Below are positions 1-13,471 of a stretch of 64,000 nt of DNA, in pieces. The DNA is from Anthoceros angustus (Eukaryota > Plantae > Anthocerotophyta), in contig MU008160.1 of assembly GCA_010909165.1 (NCBI GenBank), forward strand, positions 806,001-870,000, given 5' to 3'. Position numbers and translations under genes: made by a program. A model generated the notes under the pieces. The model was not told the DNA's origin. It saw only the letters and a program-made list of their open reading frames with translations, and searched no databases. Position 1 is the first letter of the stretch. Each line of letters starts with the position of its first letter.

Positions 1-1813
1 AGAAAACTTACCACCTTTCACACTTCTGATCACGACGCAGCCTTGGTCGCTCACAAAGATGGTGTCCAACATACAAAAAACGTATTCAATTGCTATGACC
101 TCCGTAGAAAGATAGTCGCGGCCTACACGGAGCCTGAGAATAGGGAAGAAACTTGGCCTTGTCATGTCTCTTTTCACTGTTCCGATTCAAGTGAAATTTG
201 CGATCATGAATATTAGGGCATGGATAATTTCAAACAGCGTGCTTAGAAAACCGTTGAAATTTGAAAATAATTTCCATGATTTTGAGTTCAAGTGTACAAA
301 TTATTAGAATAAGGGAATTTTAAACCAAACCAATCATCTATCACTTTTACAACACAAACTATGCTCACATTTCAACCCATATTACCTATTCCCTACACAA
401 TATGAAAAGTTAAAAGAAGACTTGAATCCAAGACCTCTAATTTCCAACTTTCAAAGCTTACCACTCCATTAACTTTCCCACACATGAATGATTGGAAGCA
501 CAAAGTATATGTTGAATGAGAGGCTGCATGCCATGCCCTCATTCTTCTTCTTCTTCTTCATCATGCCCTTATGCTCCCCATGCTCCTTGTTTTGATAGCC
601 ACCGAGAAGCCATCACGGTTCGTGGTTTCTTAGCCACTAGCCTAGGGTGTCTAACCGATGTTGAGCAACCGAGAAGCCATTACAGTTCGGTAGTTTCGGC
701 GGAAGGAGGGTGTTTGTTGACGTAGCCCAAAGGCCATGAATCTTGCGCGCGCGCCCAAGGCACGTAGCCTTTGAGCATGACTTGGGTGCAGGCATGCCGG
801 CGCCTAGGTTTGTCACTTACGGTGTGTTTAGGTTCTTCACGCCCTCGACTATTGTACACAATGACATCGACCGTGTCTGGATTGGATGTATAGCACGCAT
901 ATAGAAATAGCCGTATGCATTCCCTTCGATGCTGCGGCAGAGATGGTCGCCCATGTTCATTTACTGTTGTTTAACGAATGGCATGCACTAACGACATGGG
1001 CATCTTGTCCATTGAAAACAATGGTCTACCTATAGGTCAGACCCTTTGTCTACCATTCTAAGCCGCTAAAAGATATAAAATTCTCTACGACACCCTAATT
1101 GTGTGCCTTCTTCTGCAGGGTATGCTCAAATACACATTTCAATGCCCATCGAAAACCCCGTTTCGCGTATATTCACGTCAAAACCCGCTTGATGTATATT
1201 CAGCCGCTTCAAATATTATGCTGTTAGAAGTTTCAAAACAGGTTTGTAATTCCATTGGATCAATTTTGATTAAATCAACTTATCAAGCAAATCTAATCAA
1301 AAGTGCTAGACAACGCTTGCTTACATCTTTTAGTCTAGTGCAAGTTGAGTACATCGAATTAGCTCTTCAACATATTCCTAATCCAAGTGCTGGCCCTATA
1401 TAGCTCCTAATTTTAACACAAATCAGCATAGCATCAATTCCATCAAATCAAATATAAAACAAATTCAAGTTTTTCCTGAAGACAAATTTGCTTTACTAAT
1501 AAGTGAAATTTGTGATCTTATGAGGGTGAGAGGGGGGAGGGGCGAGGTGGGGGGAAAGCCTTGGGTTTTGCTCTCTATCCTCGGTTACTACCAGGGTAGC
1601 TTAATGTCTGTATGGGTCTGACCGTAGCCTGGGTGGCAAGGCTTGGCCTGGCTTTGTATGCGAAGTGTACGCGGGAAGTACGATGCAAAGGGATGTAGTG
1701 GGACTGAGACCCAAGTTGAGGTGTGAGGGGAGTGGATCTAGGAGAGGACGTGGGCTCTAATGATGCGGAGGATTGTGGTGCATGCCCTGTACGTGGGAGA
1801 GGAGAGGGCTTAG

Positions 1814-2111
1814 GTGAGAAACTCCTCAAAAGGGTGAGCTCCTGAAACTCCACTACCGAGTACGGATCTTGGGGAAAAGGCTGCACGAGAGGTGTGGGAA
1901 GTAGGTTGGGGATGGCCTGAATTTGGGCAACGTGGCACCTTGGCTGTCATAACAATATTGTAGATTGTAAATGTGTCTCGGTGGATTAATGGAAGATGAT
2001 GAAATGTTTGTTGAGTCGGAGTGAGTTGCTCTAGTGAAAACTCCCAAAAGGGTGAGCTCCCAAAACTCCACTACTGAGTATAGATATGGAGGAAAAGGTT
2101 GCACGGGAAGG
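1814..2111 (+). repeat. Imperfect direct repeat of about 78 bp (1814-1892 and 2034-2111) in a GC-rich stretch of unknown origin; also present in copy 2 (about 29110-29410)
   Basis: aaaagggtgagctcc..aaactccactac.gagta..gat.t.g.ggaaaagg.tgcacg occurs twice. Confidence 0.8.
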
Positions 2112-2828
2112 GGCACGGTGAGTGCTGAGTAGAGATTAGGGGTAATGTGTGTGCGAAAGTTGTCGGGCACTATGTGTGCAGAGAGTTATACGACATGGTA
2201 CGGCTTCACTAACCTCCTCTGGTTTGTGTCACCTTATGATGTAACTGCAGGTGTGAGCCACACCTGGAATGGTACATCGGTAATAACTCCAAAGACGCCT
2301 CACCTTGTCGGCAGCGTCCCTAGCGGCCCCCCTAAGGACGTCCTAGGAAACAACGTCGTGGGGTGTGTGATGGGAGGAGAGAGAGTAGTTAGAGAGGAGT
2401 CACCCCCTTCCCCTCCCTTAGGTTAGGAGCTGAGTAGATGTTGTGTGTGTGTGTATGTGCTTGAGATGGTTTGTTGATATTTTGCAGAGAATGGTCCATA
2501 GTAGGCACAAAGTACGATCCCCTAGGAACGAATACTACAAATACACCGACATGGGGATCAATGTGACCCCCACTATTGGCAAGGGATCCAATTCGTGACT
2601 TCACATGGGGAGAGCCCATCCACCAGAGGATGAGACCCCGAGAGTCGTGGCCAAAAAGAGCAACTAAGCTCCCCACCTGAAATCTCTTTTTGCACTAGCA
2701 AAATGGCCCTACCAGCCTAAATACCTAAATATTTAGTTAATTTCATTAATTATTTTTCTACATTAGTAACTACATGACTCATCGAGAAACAAATCTAATT
2801 ATTATTAAGCAAGCAAGCTCGGTAGATC

Positions 2829-2996
2829 TGTTGGAAATAAAGCCAACATTAAGTATAAGGGTTTCTTTAGGTTAAACATACGTGAACCATTTTTAGGGTT
2901 TAGTATATAAACAATACACACATACAATTTTGTAACCATTATTTCATTATTTGAAATCAAGCTTTGTCGAGCCAAACTGCTCTCCGCAAATTTACA
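2829..2996 (+). repeat. Copia 5' LTR (168 bp), preceded by target site AGATC
   Basis: TGTTGG...TTTACA; near-identical to 30129-30294 and 63104-63270. Confidence 0.95.
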
Positions 2997-3008
2997 TGGT
3001 ATCAGAGC
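2997..3008 (+). promoter_or_regulatory. Primer binding site (tRNA-iMet type)
   Basis: TGGTATCAGAGC directly after the LTR terminal CA. Confidence 0.95.
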
Positions 3009-3039
3009 TCCAAATGCTCTCTATTTTTCTCAAGACATA

Positions 3040-3787
3040 ATGCCTCGCCGGGGTAGATCCCGTGCAGATCGACGTCAACAGAGGAGGCTACAAAACTCAA
3101 GTCGAGTCCCTGCTGCTAGCGTTTTGGATTTGTACGAGGCCAACTACCCCGACGTCATTTGACGGTGGGTTGCTAGAAACTCGAGTGCAAGTTCCGGGCT
3201 GATTAGGCTACGGCCTTGAGAACCTCAGGAGTAGATTCTCTCTACCGGGCCTGGTGCATTGCTAGGAACCAGCCTGATCCTCGCTCACAACCACTGGTCA
3301 ATTGTGCTGAGAAGGAGTCAACACTTTCAGCCTCTTCTCCTGGCACCCCTGAATTTGGTCCTATTGCTGATTGGGAGTTGCGAGCCTTTGAGAAATGCAA
3401 TCACCCAAATTACAAGAGGGGCGCTTAGGTGGTCAAGGAGAAACATCTGCGAAGACGCAGCGAATTCGCGGAAAATCTACTTCATACAAGAAACGAGTAG
3501 AGAAATTGGCTGCAGAAAAGCAAATTTCAGTTGAGGTTCCTGTTGGGACGTCCATTGAAAAACTCCTGTTCAATCAGCACATCTTGAGAGACGGTGTTGC
3601 TCGCCTGCAAGTCTGCATCGACACACAAATTTCCAGAATTGATAGAAATATCCCCGAGATTGCTGGAATGATGCGTGCGATGGATCTTGGTCAAGGATTC
3701 TCCACAGAGTTCTTGCCAGTGAGACTCCATCCACAGCCACACTTCGGCGGGCTGGAGATGCGAAATGGCGTACAGGATCAGCAGTGA
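3040..3787 (+). CDS. Extra ORF upstream of gag inside the copia (about 250 aa if frameshifts are joined); unknown function
   Basis: MPRRGRSRADRRQQRRLQ...DLYEANYPD...EFGPIADWELRAF...YKKRVEKLAAEKQ...LRDGVARLQVCIDTQISRIDRN; the same peptides appear in copy 2 with breaks at different positions. Confidence 0.6.
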
Positions 3788-4194
3788 CTTTTGGCGTTGA
3801 TCTGAAGCGTCACAATTGTGTTGCTGACCCTTGGCTTGCTTGCGTCTCTTTGCATGAGATTGGTCCGTCAACTGACATGTCTGTTCATAAACCCAAGAAA
3901 TGTCGGTTAGAAACCCTAAGTAAAGAACTCAAACGATACTTTTGAAAGGTTGTGTCCCTTCTCACACTTACACCCTTTCACGTATCCAGGAAGTTGGATG
4001 AGGGAGCTAGCCTGTGAAGGATTGAATACACTTGTATCCATCCCCTCTCAGGTTGTCTCCCCCAACTAACCCCCTGGACACGCATCGTTAGTATCACATG
4101 AGCATCTTCTAGGAACAATTACATCGGAGCATAACTAACCTCGCTATTTTTCCTCTTGAACCATAGTTTTGAAAGGGACTTAGCTGGTTTACGC

Positions 4195-7100
4195 ATGTCC
4201 GATACCGAAAGTGCACATAGTGCATCTGACATCAGCCTAGGTGCAGTCTTAGATCCATTAGATCGTAGCTCTACCTCGTCGGAGGGGGAAGAGGACCTGC
4301 AGGCTGCTAATATATCCAATTTCTGGAATTTTCTGCCAATAGTACCTGTCACAAGTACACAAACCATGGCTACAGGTCCCTCTTTCACATCAGAATTGAA
4401 AGAGAAGGATAGGTTTAATGGGAAACTGTACCATGTGTGGAAGGTACGCATGAAAGCTCTCCTGATAGCTAGGGGAGTCTGGAGTGTTGTGGGTGGAGTT
4501 TTCCAGAGCCTAGCTCTCAAACCGGTACCCAAGCTGATATAGATAAGTGGACAGCTCACAATGAAGTTGCTGTTGCTGTCATTATCAATGGCTTGGATAC
4601 CCTTCTTGTTCCTGATGTGGACTACCTGAACAAGGGCATCGAGATCTGGAATCAGCTCGAGAAAACCTATCAGGTCACTAATATCATGACCAAATGTGTT
4701 GTGTGGCAAGAGTTTTATGCTCTTAGGATGAAAGACGGAGAAAATGTGGGCGGATTTACCAGTAAATTTCGTCACCTCCGTGCTCAGCTTGCTTCCTACA
4801 ACTACAAGATTGAGGAGGAACACGCTGTGGTTCAGCTGTTGAGCAGCTTGCCCGCCTCACTCCAACAGTTTGTCAATTCCTACAATGGTCCTTTGTGTAC
4901 CTCACAGGCTGCTGTTACTGCCGGTAATGCAAGCACCCTCACTGACGACATAGTGGCGGCGTTGCATCAGGAGGAGCAGAGCCGGTTGTTTTCTACAACA
5001 AACACAAAGACCAAGGCTGACGAGTGTTAGTGGCTAAGGTCAGACCCAACAAATCGAAGGGGAAACCCACCACTAACACAGGTCACGATACGTCCACAAA
5101 AAGGACTGGCAATTGCAATTGGTGTGGAGCTCCCGGCCATTGGGCATGGGATTGTCGCAAGAAAAAGGCCGGGGAGCCCCAACGCCAAAAACAACCGCCA
5201 AAGGTGGCGTGAAGGAGAAAGTTGACAATTCAAAAGATACTGTGAAGATTCTCACTGTCTGCCTGACCAGCACGTTGCATGATGCTGGAGAGTGGTATCT
5301 CGATTCCGGAGCTACCACTCACATATGCAACGACAAGAATTTGTTCTCCAAGTTGACCCTGAGTCACATGAAGGACAAAGTGCTGTTAGGGGACGAAAGG
5401 AGTGACACCAGCCTTCGAGTTGAGGGACATGGCAGATGTACCTTCTTTTTCAATGACGGCTCCAGAGCAAGATATCGAGGGAGTGCTATATGTGCCGGAT
5501 ATGGCGAAGAACCTCTTGTCGATGAGTAAGCTCATGCAGATGCGCATGTATGAGATGCGTATGGTTGATGATGCCTGCTGCTTCTATAGAAAATCTTCAC
5601 CTAACATCTGCGCATTTAGAGGTGTCCTCGATCATGACCTGTACAGGCTAGAGCTGAAGTGTTCTTCTGCGTCCACAAGCCATGCAGCGTACACGGTCAA
5701 CATGAATGCTAGTCAGCTTGCATCTTTGTGGCATGCTCGCCTAGGGCATGCTAACCGCAATAAACTGATTGACATGTCCAACCTCGGCTGTCATAGGGAG
5801 CCCTTACCTAGTTGTTTTAAAGAGTTGCCCGTATGTGAGGCATGTATTCTTGCAAAACAGAAGGAGCTTCCTTTCCCGAAAACTGCACATAGAGCCACAC
5901 GAGTTTTAGAGCTTGTACATGCAGATATTTCAGGAAAAATCCATACACCCTCTTTAGGAGGAGCCCTCTATTACCTGACTTTGACAGATGACTTTAGCCG
6001 GTACTCTTGGACCTTCCCCATGCACCTGAAAAGTGACACCGTTAGTTACTTTAAGGACTGGTTACCCACAGCACAACGTCAGTCCGGTTGTACGCTGAAA
6101 ATCCTTCGCAGCGATAATGGCACTGAATTTGTTAACCATGAGTTCGATGAGTACTTATCTGAGCAGGGTATCCAGCGGCAGCTAATTGTTCCTTATACCC
6201 AACAGCAGAATGGTGTAGCTGAGCGCAAAAACCAGACCTTGCTAGGGATGACTAGGAGCATGCGCTCTGGGAATCTGGGCAGGTCTACCTCAGGAATACG
6301 GGGCAGAGGCAGTGGTCACTGCCACGTACATCTTGAATCGAGTGCTGACCAGTTCTGTTAAAGGGAAGACACCATTTGAAGTATTCTGGCATAGAAAACC
6401 CAGTCTGCTTCACTTGCGTGTTTTCGGCTCCAAGGCTTTTGCATATATCCCTGCACCAAAGAGGAAGAAGTTAGAGAATCGAGCTCGTAGACTGATCTTT
6501 ATCGGCTACAGTGAAAATGTGAAGGCCTATAAGCTGTATGACCCTGATACGACAGACATTGTCCTTGCACGGAGTGTTACCTTCCTAGAGGCTATCAATC
6601 TTGTCACAACCGACCCCCAGCAGGCTTCATTTTCAGAGGGAGATTCTGGTGAGGAGGCACCGGATACTGTCACCTTCCCGGCTGATGACACACAACCCCC
6701 AGCAATTGTTCCTCCAGCGCCAGCAGCTCCCCATCCTCCAGTTGCCCCTGCAGCAGACCAGGGTGACATCCTTCATTACGATCCTCCCTCGGATCTTGAA
6801 GACCCCGCTTACGAGGACGCATCGACCGGATCCCTGATGGCCCGCCGATCTTGTTACGATGATGTTTCGATCGATCTGCCAGGAGCTCGCCTCGCTGCGC
6901 TTGTCAACACGTCATGTGCCACCTCCGATCAATGGCGTGAGCCGTTACACGCCTCGTGGATTTTCACACCTGCTGACATGGAGCCACTGTTGATATTCTT
7001 CCTGCAGAGGAACCTTCTTCCTACCAAGCAGCACTTGATGGCCCCGATTGCTCCAAATGGCAGGCAGCAGTGGAGGAGGAGTATCAGTCTCTTCTTAAAA

Positions 7101-8357
7101 ACAAGACTTGGACACTTGCTGACCTACCACTAGGGCGTAAAGCCATCTCGTGCAAATGGGTTTTCAAATTGAAGCTGAATGCCAAAGGGGAAATTGCCCG
7201 ATACAAAGCCAGGCTTGTGGCTAGGGGCTTTACCCAAGTGGAGGGTCTATCGTGGAAACTTTTTCACCTGTCCGTTCGCCTATTCGCTCCCGGCCCTCGC
7301 TGCAGAGCTCGATCTTGATCTCCAGCAAATGGACGTATGCACTGCATTCTTGTATGGGGATCTTGATGAGGACCTGTACATGTGCCAACCAGAGGGCTAT
7401 CAGGATCCAGAAACCCTAACAAAGTCCTAAAATTATTAAAGTGCATTTATGGACTTAAGCAGAGCGGGAGGGTATGGTATATTACCATGCATGTTTACCT
7501 CCTTAGCATCTCTTTTGTGCAGAGCACAGCAGATTCCAATGTATACAGGCTGAGCAGAGGAACCGATTTTGTCGTGCTTGCCCTGTATGTGGATGATGTT
7601 ATCCTCGCAACTAACGACGTTGTTAGAAAGGTAAAGCACATGCTCAGCACAAAGTTTGACATGAAAGACATTGGGGAGCTGAAATATTGCCTAGGAGTAA
7701 AGATTATTAGGGTCAGATCCGAAGGCCTACTCATCATATCGCTAAATATATAAATGATATTTTGAAATTTAAGTTGGATGAGGCTAGGCCCGCTACAACA
7801 CCCTACTCCACAAGGATGAAACTCACCGCCTTCATTGCCCACACCGAGGAAGAGTCCCGCTGAGCATGCGTACCTTATATGCTGCTGGGAGCCCTGATAT
7901 TTGCTAATCGACACGCCCGACATTCTGCATTCCGTTAGCACAAGATTCAGCCTCGGAAAACCCCGCGTAATGCATTGGTCACCGTTAAGAGAATCTTCGA
8001 TATCTCAAAGGCATCATTATGGGCTCACATGTAGGGAGCGGAAAACAAAAGCTTACCTTGACAGCCACCGAGGACCGGCATCCGAGTGATTCGAGGAAGA
8101 GCTTATCCACTTATTGTTTTTTGCTCGCCTCTGTTGCAGTCAATTGGTCGTGTAAGAAACAATCTTCTATAGCCCTGTCTTCCACAGAGGCGGAATACAA
8201 ATCACTGACAGATGCATCTAAAGAGGCAGAGTGGGAGAGGAGCTTCCTACATGACCTGGATCAAGCACAAGAAGGACCTACCTCAATATTGTGTGACAAC
8301 ATGTCAGCCCTGGCCCTAGTAGCAAATCCCAGATTCCACGCCCGCACTAAACACATT
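4195..8357 (+). pseudogene. gag-pol: Copia gag-pol polyprotein, copy 1 (frameshifted; RNase H cut after RTKHI)
   Basis: FNGKLYHVWKVRMKALL (gag N-term), CNWCGAPGHWAWDC (zinc knuckle), WYLDSGATTHIC (protease), LWHARLGH, LRSDNGTEF and QQNGVAERKN (integrase), KARLVARGF, QMDVCTAFLYG and LYVDD (RT), EAEY and CDN (RNase H). Confidence 0.95.
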
Positions 8358-9190
8358 CCCTACTAGAAAAGGCAGCCTATGTTACGTGTTATTGCAATTT
8401 CATGTAACACTTCCAGATTGCAACATGTTATTTAGGCTTGGTATTAAGATTGACACTATTCCTTCTCACACACCATCTTAACATGAACCTCGCTCTCTCA
8501 TCACCTCACCCTCCTAAGTACAACATCCCTCTGCTAGCATTGTTTATGATTTCAAACATATACAATGAAAACTTGCTTATGTTATAGTCCTTTGTTACAA
8601 TTTCATGTAACACTTTCCATGTGGTACACCCAAAAGTTAGGTGGCTTGGTGTTAAGTTTGTGATTTTCCCTCCACCTTCTCTCACCATCTTAACAACATG
8701 CAAGTGGTCTCTTGACCTTACACCTCGCCATTAAGAGCTTGTCATCAAGTTTGTTGGTTTGGTGTTAAGTTTGTGATTTTGTTTTCCACTTTCTCTTACC
8801 ATCTTAACAACATGCTCTTGGTCTCACCTTTCACCTCACACTCCTAGTTAATGCTGGATGATGACACCCATTTCTTTATTGTTTCCTCTTTGTGTTGCCA
8901 TATGATTGTGACAATGAGCTCCCTCTCCCACCGTATTTTATTCTTGCCTTCTTGCTTTTCCTACATAGCAATTACCAAGAACTCTATCTCTCCTCGTAGG
9001 TATCATTCTTTCCATCTTCCCTCTTCAATGCACCCTATGTCCACACCGGTTTTCTTTTCAAGCCCCATATACACAAACCCTTGTTATCGCTAATTATGTA
9101 TAGTAGGATTCTACATTATTTATATGTCCATTTATATATACGGTTGGCGCCGATGTATTCGTGATAATCCTACATACATGACATGAACGT
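8358..9190 (+). mobile_element. Left arm only of the CACTA-type element (duplicate of 35561-36392)
   Basis: ATT followed by CCCTACTAGAAAAGGCAGCCTATGTTAC and subterminal repeats; homology stops near 9190. Confidence 0.9.
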
Positions 9191-10968
9191 ATATATACCT
9201 TCCCTTGTTGTGAGTCAACATCAGCATAGATGCTCTCCCGCTGTTGTGAGGCACCACACCGAGCATAGATGTGCAGGCTGCAGTGTGTAAGACATTGAAA
9301 TGTGACGGAAGCAATGAGGGCCACATGTTTGAACACATGAGTGAGAGCAAGACACATGTAATGTGTTGAGAACAAAGTTGGATTTTTCCAACTTATCGTT
9401 AAAATTGGTAATGAACTCAAAACAGCAAACCCCTCATGCTCTAAGTTAAAGGGATTATGTGCAGACGCATCTGTGCATGCAATGAATTTACATTCTAGAA
9501 ATCTCATTGAGATTATCAAAGCTGAGTTTGTTTAAGATTGAATTACGCTACAATTCTATGGAGATTATCAAAGTTTCGATTTTGTTAAAGATCGTGTATA
9601 AAGTTCACCACAATTCATTGAGAGTGTTACAATTAAAACCCTACTAAGGAGTTTTAGTAATCTAGAGTCAAACACTACAGGAGTTTACGATGACACATGG
9701 TTTTCAAATGCTGATAATGAGCAAGAAATAGATATGGATAAATCTAACTCTAATGGAATGCAATATGAAAGGTAGTTACGGTGGTCATCAAGTCGAGAAG
9801 AGGCAATAAGCCTTCTTATATAATCAAAGAAGGACATGGACAAACTTCATGCCCTATAAGACTACTTGGGTGGAAAACTCAAGGGAGAGTGAGAAATTGA
9901 AAAGCTTGAAGAACGTGGAGGATTATCTGTTTGAAAGATTATTAGCCAAAGTGGAAAAGGTAAAATCAAAGTGTTAAAAGTTGGTGCTAAATTACCTACC
10001 AAAGACATGCCATTTCGAATTGCATAGCGCTGTGGGCACGTTGTCCTTTCGAGAAATGCGCTCGGCTCTCATCAACAAAATTCGCTTGTGTTGGTAGGCA
10101 AGGAGGATCGATGTGAAGCTCCCGTGGAGCAGAGCGCTCAGCTCATCCAAAAAATGCAAATTTTGGTAGGCATGTTGGAGGATCGAGATGTGAAGCTTGC
10201 CATCGAATGGATGTAAGATACTTTTATGCAGCCTGAGCCCTGTGATTCCAGGGACACTACCACAATGCATGAGGTAAACTAACGAAGGTAAAGCGTGGTT
10301 TCTTGTCATAATTGCACATAGCAATCCCAGCAAATTACACTTAGCGACATTGAACAGCCCATCCCAGCACTGATCCAGGCATGGGGTGCTTAATCCCCGG
10401 AGGTCTTAGAAAGAGTAGATATTAGCAACACCCAACTGCTGGAGCACTAGCACAAAATGACGGGTTTTGCTACGCCCGCTTGCTCTTCACTGACGCCTGC
10501 TTGCCCTTCACTTTGTTAGCCTCTGCTTGCTTTACTGGTCAGGACCCAAACGCGTCTTGCGGGCGAATCACCGCTGGGATGGGGACAGCCGTTAAGCGTC
10601 TGATGTTTCAGAGGAATGTTCCCACGCTCTGTCTCCACTGCTCCAAAGGCCAGCCGCCGGGGCCTGATTGGTCTCAGCTGGCACGAGCTAGAACTCCATT
10701 GGCCCACCGAGAGTGAGCCAGAGTTCCAACTCTGTACACAGGTGGCCCACCAGTCTGAGGGATCCTGGAGGAATGGGTGCAAAGACTGATCCTGCCGATC
10801 TTTATCCCGTTGCAGACGCTCCGACATAAAAGATCACAGCCAAATTGCCTAATGTTGTCGTTTCAATGTTCGCTTGTCGAATGCGGAGAGGGTCAGTGCT
10901 CTTTGTCATACTTCCTGTTGAATGAGTCACCATACATGCCAGTTCACCTTCGGCAGACTGGCAATTCT

Positions 10969-13471
10969 TCACGGTCGACCCTTAACTGCAACAACCAGCT
11001 GCAAAATCGATGCACACGGTACCCATCCTCACAACAATGTCTCTCTGTTCAAGCCTTGACATGATCTCCGTGGAACTGTGGCAGTCACTGCACATGCGTA
11101 GATTCTTCGTTACCACCAGAGGTGTCCACTGGAGTGTTCAAGAGACCAAACGCCAGAGCTAGCTTCTCAGCATGCCCACAAAGCACATCTTCCTTTTCCT
11201 TCTCACACAGTGGCTTCAACACCAACTTGTGTGAGGTACATGGCCTCCTTCCTGCTTCAGACGTGCATTCTTCTCTACCTTGAGCGCAACATCCTCTCTT
11301 TCTCTCCCACCAAAATGTATGTACCTTATTCACCTCAATGCTCGCCACTGCAGGTTTCTTGTTAGCTCCTGCTGTTCTCTGTGTTTCAATCCTGTCTACA
11401 TCGTCCACCTACCTGCATCTGCTAGGCATTGGCCATGAGCACATATGCAGGCCTCTGAGGTCCAGCCTAACAGCTTTCAAAACACCGCCGCCTCTATATC
11501 CCTGACTTTTGCAGGCATTCAACAAAGACGTCAACCCACAACATTACTTTGGCCTCATGATAATAGCATTCTCTGCCTCATCTAAATGGCCTGCACGCCC
11601 AAGAAGATCAATCATGCAAGTAATGCTCAATAGTAGGTTTGATGCCATGCTGTTCAGCCATGGAATCAAAGTGCTGCGACCCTCATGGACCAGTCCCTCA
11701 TGACTGCATGCTAAAAGGCAAGTAAAAGTAGCCATCAGGCTGAATACCGGCAACTAACATCTCCTCAAACAAGCTAGTGCCTTGTGACCTTCATCACAAG
11801 CACCATACCCAGATATCAGGGCATTCCATGTCACCACATCCTTTGTGGCCAAGCTGTCAAAACCTGGCGTGCATCTTCCAGTTCACCACATTTTGCATAC
11901 ATGTCCACCAGGCAGTTGCCCAACACTACGTTATCCAGCAGTCCTCTTCAACAATCAGAGTGCAGCTGCCTGCCCTTCTGTAAGGCACCAGTGCTTGCAC
12001 AGGCCTTCAGAAGGCAAGCAAAAGTAACATGGTTAGCCAAATCAGGCCTCCTGCTCCATTTGTCCATACAGAACAAGCGCCTCTTGGCGAGTCCTTGCTG
12101 CATACCCAGCAATCAGCATTCCATGTCACCACATCCTTTGTGGCCAGCTGTCAAAAACCTGGCGTGCATCTCCAGTTCACCACATTTTGCATACATGTCC
12201 ACCAGGCAGTTGCCCACCAGTTATCCAGCAGTCCTCTTCACAATCTGTGAGTGCAGCTGCCTGCCCTTCTGTAAGGCACCAGTGCTTGCACAGGCCTTCA
12301 GAAGGCAAGCAAAAGTAACATGGTTAGCCACAACAGGCCCCTTGCTCCATTTGTCCATACAGAACAAGCGCCTCTTGGCTGCCCTTGCTGTGCATACCCA
12401 GCAATCAGGGCATTCCATGTCACCACATCCTTTGTGGCCATGCTGTCAAAACCTGGCGTGCATCTTCAGTTCGCCACATTTTGCATACATGTCCACCAGG
12501 CAGTTGCCAACAAACAAGAGGAATGCCACTGTGCAACACATCACAGTGCACTTTTCTGCCAGATTCCAAGTCGCGGCAAATGCACAAGCTTGAAGGGCAG
12601 CTACAAAGACGTGAGCATCCGCCTTCACTCCTGACCTACGCATCTCATGGTACAGTTGTATGGCCTCTTAGGTTTCCCATGTTTAGCATGTGAGATTATG
12701 GAAAACCACATGAAGGCATCTGGTTTGTCCACCCTGGTGAGCACATCCATGGCCTCCTCTAGCCTACCTCCAGATGCATACATGCGCAAGATATGATTCC
12801 CCAAGTATGCATTCGAATCGTACCCAAGTTTGACAGCCAGATCATGAACTCGTCGCCCCATAACCAGATCCTTCTTAGCTGCACACAGTTTTAGCACAGT
12901 GTAAAACAGAGACTGAGAAATGGCAGATTCTGTCTGCGCCAGAGATTCCAGGGCTTCAACGGCCTCAGAAAGCTTCCCCTGCTGACATAACACAGTCACG
13001 GTTCCAGCCGTGACGACGCCCATTTCCGATCCTGCACGCCTCCCAGGTTCAGGCTTATCCGGAGCTCGACTTGGAAGAGGCACCATGACCCATCTGCATA
13101 TCCAAAGAAACGAGCTGCTCATCAACCCAAGCTGGACATGCTGTTTAACCACAGGACCTCGCCGGACCCTTACGCCGGAAGTCAGGCGAACGGGAGCTCT
13201 TATCTCGTCTGTTGTCCCACCACATGGTAGGGTCCAGAAAAATTGTTGCCACAAGTGCTCCTGCTCCTGGCAACGACCATCGCTGGAAAACCCGTCACCC
13301 ACACATTTTCTCGGAAGTGGAAGTGCTGGGCCCTTACACTGCTGCACCTGGAGGCTTGGTTGTTTGCCAGGGTTGACTCCTCTGAGATGAGGGTGAGCGG
13401 GAGCTCCTCGTAGAATCCCTGTACACACACCAATTTGTTGGGTCCACAACGGGTCCGCCACACAGTGCCAT
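10969..13471 (-). CDS. PPR-A: PLS-class PPR protein with E-DYW:KP domain ending GRP; frameshifts may be sequencing errors
   Basis: N-terminal extension (putative transit peptide), then P/L/S motifs (DVVTWNALIAGY, VTFACLLKACASTGAL, GNCLVDMYAKCG), LLGRAGHLDEAE, NKKPAVASIEV, HAEKLALAFG, CSDCH and ...KGRP stop (tca at 10969-10971). Start codon inferred from paralog alignment. Confidence 0.9.
11822..12500 (-). repeat. Near-identical S-P-L triplet repeats of about 295 bp within PPR-A (equivalents in B and D)
   Basis: cattccatgtcaccacatcctttgtggcc...ttttgcatacatgtccaccaggcagttgcc recurs at about 11822, 12117 and 12412. Confidence 0.9.

Larger units (their letters stand above)
2829..8357 (+). mobile_element. 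Ty1/copia LTR retrotransposon, copy 1 (5' LTR to RNase H; 3' end absent in this copy)
   Basis: TG...CA LTR, PBS and gag-PR-INT-RT-RH domain order; ends at the CACTA TIR. Confidence 0.95.
1..9190 (+). repeat. Segmental direct repeat, copy 1 (flank + copia 5' part + CACTA left arm); probably extends left of the window
   Basis: Colinear with 27385-36392 from base 1 (accacctttcacactt...gtcgctcacaaagatggtgtcc) to gatgtattc.gataatcc at about 9155-9180. Both copies have the same AGATC flank and the same CACTA junction. Confidence 0.95.

Noticed and set aside
9200-10900. Short ORFs and a direct repeat of about 30 bp (about 10090 and 10165) between the duplication breakpoint and PPR-A
   Set aside because: There are many stops in all frames and no identifiable family, so nothing supportable.
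11784-12693. Long + strand ORFs with internal repeats (269 aa here; 279 aa at 21708-22547)
   Set aside because: These are antisense shadows of the repetitive PPR coding strand.
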